From NCBI GenBank assembly GCA_965197905.1, contig CBDAOB010000004.1, positions 1,376,001 to 1,440,000 on the forward strand: a stretch of DNA of 64,000 nt, given 5' to 3'. Below the pieces are notes generated by a model. It did not search any database. It was not told the origin of the DNA and was given only the letters and a program-made list of their open reading frames with translations. This document shows positions 59,810-64,000 of the stretch, piece by piece. Numbering within the stretch: position 1 is the stretch's first letter; every line of letters begins with the position of its first letter. The translations under genes were made by a program, and so were the position numbers. Source of the DNA: Candidatus Latescibacterota bacterium. GTDB taxonomy: Bacteria; Latescibacterota; UBA2968; UBA8231.

Positions 59810-60847
59810 TCACTCCTGGTGATGAGTGTATTCCTTAGCGCCGGGCCGGCAGTGGGGCAAGGGAAGATCTGCGATGGTCAAAAACCCGGCCGCGGCCTGC
59901 ACGACTCGAGGGATGCAGCTGGCCAGCATGCCCGCAGTACCCAGCTGCGGATTGCAGCCAGGGTTCAAACGCAAGCGCAGCGGATTCGAACCTTCGATGT
60001 CGATGGTGTCCTCTGCTTGGAGGCCGAGCGACGGCAAATCCACGTGCGCCACAAACTCAGCTTCTATCCAGGGACGATCGTCCAGAAATCCGGTGACGCG
60101 CTGAGTAAAACCTGCCGTTTGCCCGCGCTCAATCCGTAGCTGACTGCCGGATGTGGCGCCAGTAGCGAGATGGGGTTCGAACTGTTTCGTTATTCGTTTC
60201 AGATCGCATCCCAAACACTTGGCCACCATATTGAAGGTTTGCGGGAACCCGATATTCCTACGGACGGTACCGTTGGCTACACCCGCGTCGAACTCTTCGC
60301 TCGAATACCCCAAACCGAGGCGGCGTTGGACCGTCGCGCTGAATCCGGAGACGTCGACCACGCGGCGGAAAGAGATCTTCTCCACATCCCAGCTGATAGC
60401 GCTGGCGGTCAAAAACAGCGCATCGAAGATGAAACCGGGGTTTAGGCCGGCACCCAGGACACTCACACCGCGTTGGCGCGCAGCGGCGTCGATTTCGTCG
60501 CTTAGCTGTTTATCGGTAGACCAGGGATAAGCCGCTTCTTCAGCGGTGGTGAGCACGTTCAATCCGCCCTCGATACCCTGGCGAATGTCGACGGCTACCT
60601 CGCGGAGAAATGAAGTGGTAGCGATGAGCAGAATTTCCGCGTCCTGACCGAAGACGAGATCGCGTTCGGTGCTGATCGCCACGCCCAGTGGTTCGCTACC
60701 GGCGTGGATGCCCAAGTCTACTCCCGCGTAGTCGGCGTTCCGCGTCAAGGCGCCGACAATAAGGATTTCTTCTCTTTTTTGCAGGAGGCGGGTGAGGTTT
60801 TTGACAACACCTCCCACGCCTGAAAAGATGAGTCGCGTCTGTGACAT
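59810..60847 (-). CDS. 2,4-diaminopentanoate dehydrogenase/dihydrodipicolinate reductase-like amine dehydrogenase
   Basis: NVLTTAEEAAYPW, GAGLNPGFIFD, IPRVVQAAAG. Confidence 0.75.
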   Translation of the reverse strand: MSQTRLIFSGVGGVVKNLTRLLQKREEILIVGALTRNADYAGVDLGIHAGSEPLGVAISTERDLVFGQDAEILLIATTSFLREVAVDIRQGIEGGLNVLTTAEEAAYPWSTDKQLSDEIDAAARQRGVSVLGAGLNPGFIFDALFLTASAISWDVEKISFRRVVDVSGFSATVQRRLGLGYSSEEFDAGVANGTVRRNIGFPQTFNMVAKCLGCDLKRITKQFEPHLATGATSGSQLRIERGQTAGFTQRVTGFLDDRPWIEAEFVAHVDLPSLGLQAEDTIDIEGSNPLRLRLNPGCNPQLGTAGMLASCIPRVVQAAAGFLTIADLPLPHCRPGAKEYTHHQE

Positions 60848-60921
60848 TTCAACCGTGGTGATGGCCTATCAACCTTGCGAATGGGTAGTTATCGTGCCCT
60901 TCGATGTCAACCGAGCGCGGG

Positions 60922-61746
60922 TCACCTCGAATCTGCTTCGAGAACGCGATGTTCCTTCAGCCAGTCTGCCAGCGGGAGATTCTTAGCCCACGTGCCCTCG
61001 GGATTAAACAGCGCCCTGCGAACCGGATCGCACCGATCGAGCAGATGATCGACGGTCATCGACCCGCGAGGTCGCAGCCAACGATAGCTGTAGCCGCAGA
61101 ACAGTACCTTCCGTGTCAGCTGGGACCGATTGGGGCTGGCGGCATGCCAGAGTCTGCGGTCGAAAATGACCGCCGAACCAGCCGGCAATTGGAGCTCCCG
61201 GGCAACGTGCCGCTCTTCGCTCAAATCGTCGATGGAAAGGTCGTTGGTCAGATGACTGCCGGGAAGAACCATGAAGTTCGCGGACCCGGACTCGGTGGTA
61301 TCGGTCAGAAAAAATGCCACCTTGAGCGAAAGACGCGGCCGCGGGACAGTCTCCAGATCGGGATTGATTTCGGCACTGTCCTGATGCCAGTTCAAAGCCG
61401 CTTCCAACTCCGGATCGCCAGCCGGCAACGGCGGAGTCACGGTCATCGCCGTGTAGTAGAGCTGGACGTTCCAACCCAGAAGGTCCCACACCTTGGGGAA
61501 GGTGCGCGGCCAATCCACCAACTCGAGGAAAATCTCATCCTTGCCGACAAAATCCAGCTGTTGGACCCGGTCGTGGGGATTGGAACCCGCTTCGTCGCGG
61601 TGCGCAGCATCGACCCGGTCGACGGCCGCTTCCAAACGCTCCGCGAGCGACGGCGGCACGGCCTCGGGCAATACGAGAAAGCCATCCGCCTCGAATCGAC
61701 GAACTTCCTCCGCTGTAGCACGATGATTGAGAGACTCGAGGTCCAT
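60922..61746 (-). CDS. PhyH family Fe(II)/2-oxoglutarate dioxygenase
   Basis: WHQD, VLPGSH, GSAVIFDRRLWH, TRK. Confidence 0.88.
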   Translation of the reverse strand: MDLESLNHRATAEEVRRFEADGFLVLPEAVPPSLAERLEAAVDRVDAAHRDEAGSNPHDRVQQLDFVGKDEIFLELVDWPRTFPKVWDLLGWNVQLYYTAMTVTPPLPAGDPELEAALNWHQDSAEINPDLETVPRPRLSLKVAFFLTDTTESGSANFMVLPGSHLTNDLSIDDLSEERHVARELQLPAGSAVIFDRRLWHAASPNRSQLTRKVLFCGYSYRWLRPRGSMTVDHLLDRCDPVRRALFNPEGTWAKNLPLADWLKEHRVLEADSR

Positions 61747-61749
61747 TAC

Positions 61750-63198
61750 CTAACCCGCCGTCAATCCTGCATATACCTCGCGTCCACGGCGAAAAAGCTC
61801 GCTTACGTTCTGGCGCTGTTCGTCATTGTTGTACCTGCCAACGGAATCGATCCACGCGATGGATTCGTCAATGGAACCGAGGAAGAAGCGTGCCGCTTCG
61901 GCGCGCTCGCTCGCAACCTTGCCCCCTCGCATATAGATCGGGCTCGAGTGGGCGTAGAGGGCATGGCCGAAGCTGTCTCGCGCGCGCCCCCACAACCGAG
62001 CCGCTACCCACCCATCGCTCTCTTGGTCGAACTGGTGCCGCAACTGTCCTTCCCGTTGTCCCACTTCCCACTCCCAACCCTCAACGACGGTGCCGTTCAC
62101 CACTAATTCGACCCGCTCCACCGGATAGTGGGAGCGGAAACCAGCTTCTATCTCCACGGTTTTCGTGCCGCTCAAATCGACGGTATCTCCCATGGCAGCA
62201 CCGTTGGCGCTGAGCTCGATCGCCGGTCCGTTGGTGATGAAGGTCCGACCGGCCTTCATGCCCGCGATCCAGTTGGCGTAGGAGAATTGCTCTTTGCTCT
62301 CCACGTAAACCCGGTTGTTGGAGCAGACGAACCAATCGGTGCCGGTGGAGGCGGGCAGCTTGAAACCACAGTTCAGGAGCTTGTACCACAGGTCGTATTC
62401 GGGGTCCATCCAGAACGGATCGAACAGATTGAACGCATCCAGCTTGCCCAGAGCCGCCGCCACCGGCGCTTCCATTCCGCGTCCGTTGTGACACCAAATC
62501 ACAATACCTCCCTGATCGCGGGCCTCGTCGCAGCAGAAGCAGAGCGGTGGATAATCCGGGTCGAACTGCGCCGCCAGTATGTGTCCCCTCGAGACCGGCT
62601 GCACCAAGTTGCGGATGTTGAGGAACATGACATGCCCGTAGCCCATGGTCCACGGAGATTTTTCGCCGTAGTGACGATTCTCCTCACCGATGTCGAGCAC
62701 GTGGTGGGCGGTGGTAAACTCGTTCATTACCCCGATCGGATATTTGTTGCTGGCGTACGGCAGCTGACGTCGGTCGAGCACGCTTACGACGGTCACATTG
62801 TACCCCTCGACGCTGCAGTCCACCGCCAGGCGATCATCCGGGCGGGTTTCGTGTTCGTTGTAGTGGATATGGGTGTTCCCTGGGTACCAGTTCTTCTCCT
62901 GCGGAAAATACCAGCGCTTCAGCGGGATCTCCACGTCGACGATACCGTTGGCCGGGACCTCGACCACGAGCCGTTGAGGTTCGTATTCGGTGCCCCGCTC
63001 CACCAAAACGTCTGCCCTGCCGCGGTCCGCCTTGACCTCGAACTCTCCCGAGGAAAAGAAAAACGAGGTGCCCGGACCCTCTTTTAGAAGCGCTTCTTGC
63101 GGATGCGAAAAAACGCCTCTCGAGGTCAGGACGTGCACCTTGGCGTCGATCGGCTCGCCGGTCCCGGTGTCTACAATCGTTCCGTGAATCCTACCCAT
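61750..63198 (-). CDS. CehA/McbA-type PHP-like metallohydrolase
   Basis: ERGTEY, GNTHIH, GEE, WCH, ASTGTD, GRTFITNGP, AHSSPIY. Confidence 0.75.
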   Translation of the reverse strand: MGRIHGTIVDTGTGEPIDAKVHVLTSRGVFSHPQEALLKEGPGTSFFFSSGEFEVKADRGRADVLVERGTEYEPQRLVVEVPANGIVDVEIPLKRWYFPQEKNWYPGNTHIHYNEHETRPDDRLAVDCSVEGYNVTVVSVLDRRQLPYASNKYPIGVMNEFTTAHHVLDIGEENRHYGEKSPWTMGYGHVMFLNIRNLVQPVSRGHILAAQFDPDYPPLCFCCDEARDQGGIVIWCHNGRGMEAPVAAALGKLDAFNLFDPFWMDPEYDLWYKLLNCGFKLPASTGTDWFVCSNNRVYVESKEQFSYANWIAGMKAGRTFITNGPAIELSANGAAMGDTVDLSGTKTVEIEAGFRSHYPVERVELVVNGTVVEGWEWEVGQREGQLRHQFDQESDGWVAARLWGRARDSFGHALYAHSSPIYMRGGKVASERAEAARFFLGSIDESIAWIDSVGRYNNDEQRQNVSELFRRGREVYAGLTAG

Positions 63199-63380
63199 GT
63201 GTCCTCGCTCTCGTAGTGTCCCGCCAAGGGACGTTGACGATGGACGAATGGCCCGCTGATTCTAGTGCGAATCGTGATCTTGCGACCCGGTGCATACGGT
63301 GGCGGATATTCACCTTTGGGGCAAGTGCGATGGCAGCTGTTTGTCCACGCGGATCGCCGACGCTATTTTCCCTTGTTGTT

Positions 63381-63833
63381 ATGGAAGGAATCCCAGGGGC
63401 CAATTCGGGGTTGGTTCGTTTGCGCCTATTCTCGGATCCCGCCTGCCCGCTGTGCCGCCAGTTTCGAAAGTGGATCGATCACCTCGATCGCGAGGGTCTG
63501 ATAGAGATCGTGGCTCTTGATGATCCGCGGCTCCCTGAGCGTTTCCCCCAACTCGACCTAGAAAGAGCGAAAGAATTCTTGACGGTTTGCGACCGCCTCG
63601 GGCGCATGCACGAAGGGGTTGAAGCGATGCGGCAGCTTACCCGTCATTTGCCGGGGCTCAGGCGACTTCAATGGGTCTACCGCCTTCCCGGCGTCACACC
63701 CACCTTGCGCGGCGTCTACCGCACGGCCCATCGCCACCGCAAGAAACTCTGTCTCAGTTGCGGGGAGAAGTGGATGCCCTCTCTCAAGTACAGCCGTCGC
63801 AAGAAGAATTCCCGCAGCCGGCGATCTCGCTGA
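63381..63833 (+). CDS. DCC (DUF393) family thiol-disulfide oxidoreductase-like protein
   Basis: DPACPLC (DxxCxxC) motif; start uncertain. Confidence 0.7.
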   Translation: MEGIPGANSGLVRLRLFSDPACPLCRQFRKWIDHLDREGLIEIVALDDPRLPERFPQLDLERAKEFLTVCDRLGRMHEGVEAMRQLTRHLPGLRRLQWVYRLPGVTPTLRGVYRTAHRHRKKLCLSCGEKWMPSLKYSRRKKNSRSRRSR

Positions 63834-63934
63834 CTCTTCGCGGCGCAGCACCACAGTCACCAGCAGACGATCTTGATCGCAGATACCTTACCGGCTAGAT
63901 TCCCCGGTCCGAATTGCGACCTAGACATCAGGCA

Positions 63935-64000
63935 ATGATCAATATAGAAATCAAAGCGCGGTGCACCGACCGCGAGCGGGCGGAAGAGAGTTTGACTGCG
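63935..64000 (+). CDS. CYTH/class IV adenylate cyclase-like protein, N-terminus (truncated by window)
   Basis: MINIEIKARC matches the CYTH N-terminal motif; only 22 codons visible. Confidence 0.55.
   Translation, partial: MINIEIKARCTDRERAEESLTA

Noticed and set aside
1..64000. CRISPR array, prophage, transposase or defence system
   Set aside because: No regularly spaced direct repeats and no recognisable cas, integrase, transposase or phage proteins seen

Overview
GC-rich bacterial chromosomal segment with no rRNA, tRNA, CRISPR array, transposase or prophage visible. The gene content (many PhyH, enolase, SDR and sialidase-like catabolic enzymes) suggests an uncultured lineage such as Latescibacterota, but that is inference only. 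It carries housekeeping blocks (rsfS-mtnA-SPOR-mltD-like-mreD-mrdA-rodA-TPR; mazG; ParA family; nfuA; trxB), several catabolic operons, and two large repeat surface proteins. Main observations: (1) a radical SAM gene whose apparent TGA stop sits in ...TEPWYC-TGA-AEP..., so it is probably a CUAEP-tail selenoprotein; it is flanked by nfuA, a convergent ATP-grasp ligase and two divergent sensor-less sigma54 activators. (2) An operon combining E2, a succinyl/citryl-CoA ligase-like pair, a citryl-CoA-lyase-like protein, E1beta, E1alpha and MmgE/PrpD, followed by a UroD/MtaA-family plus corrinoid pair. (3) An unannotated rod-shaped RNA of about 110 nt with its own sigma70 promoter. (4) A 162-bp TA-flanked MITE-like insertion between rsfS and mtnA, and a possible second one before the ParA gene. 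(5) An unannotated 40-aa membrane peptide behind sigma54-like and sigma28-like promoters. Four genes are frameshifted at homopolymer or dinucleotide runs, which is most simply explained by long-read assembly error. All calls are from reading motifs by eye; no database searches or folding programs were run.
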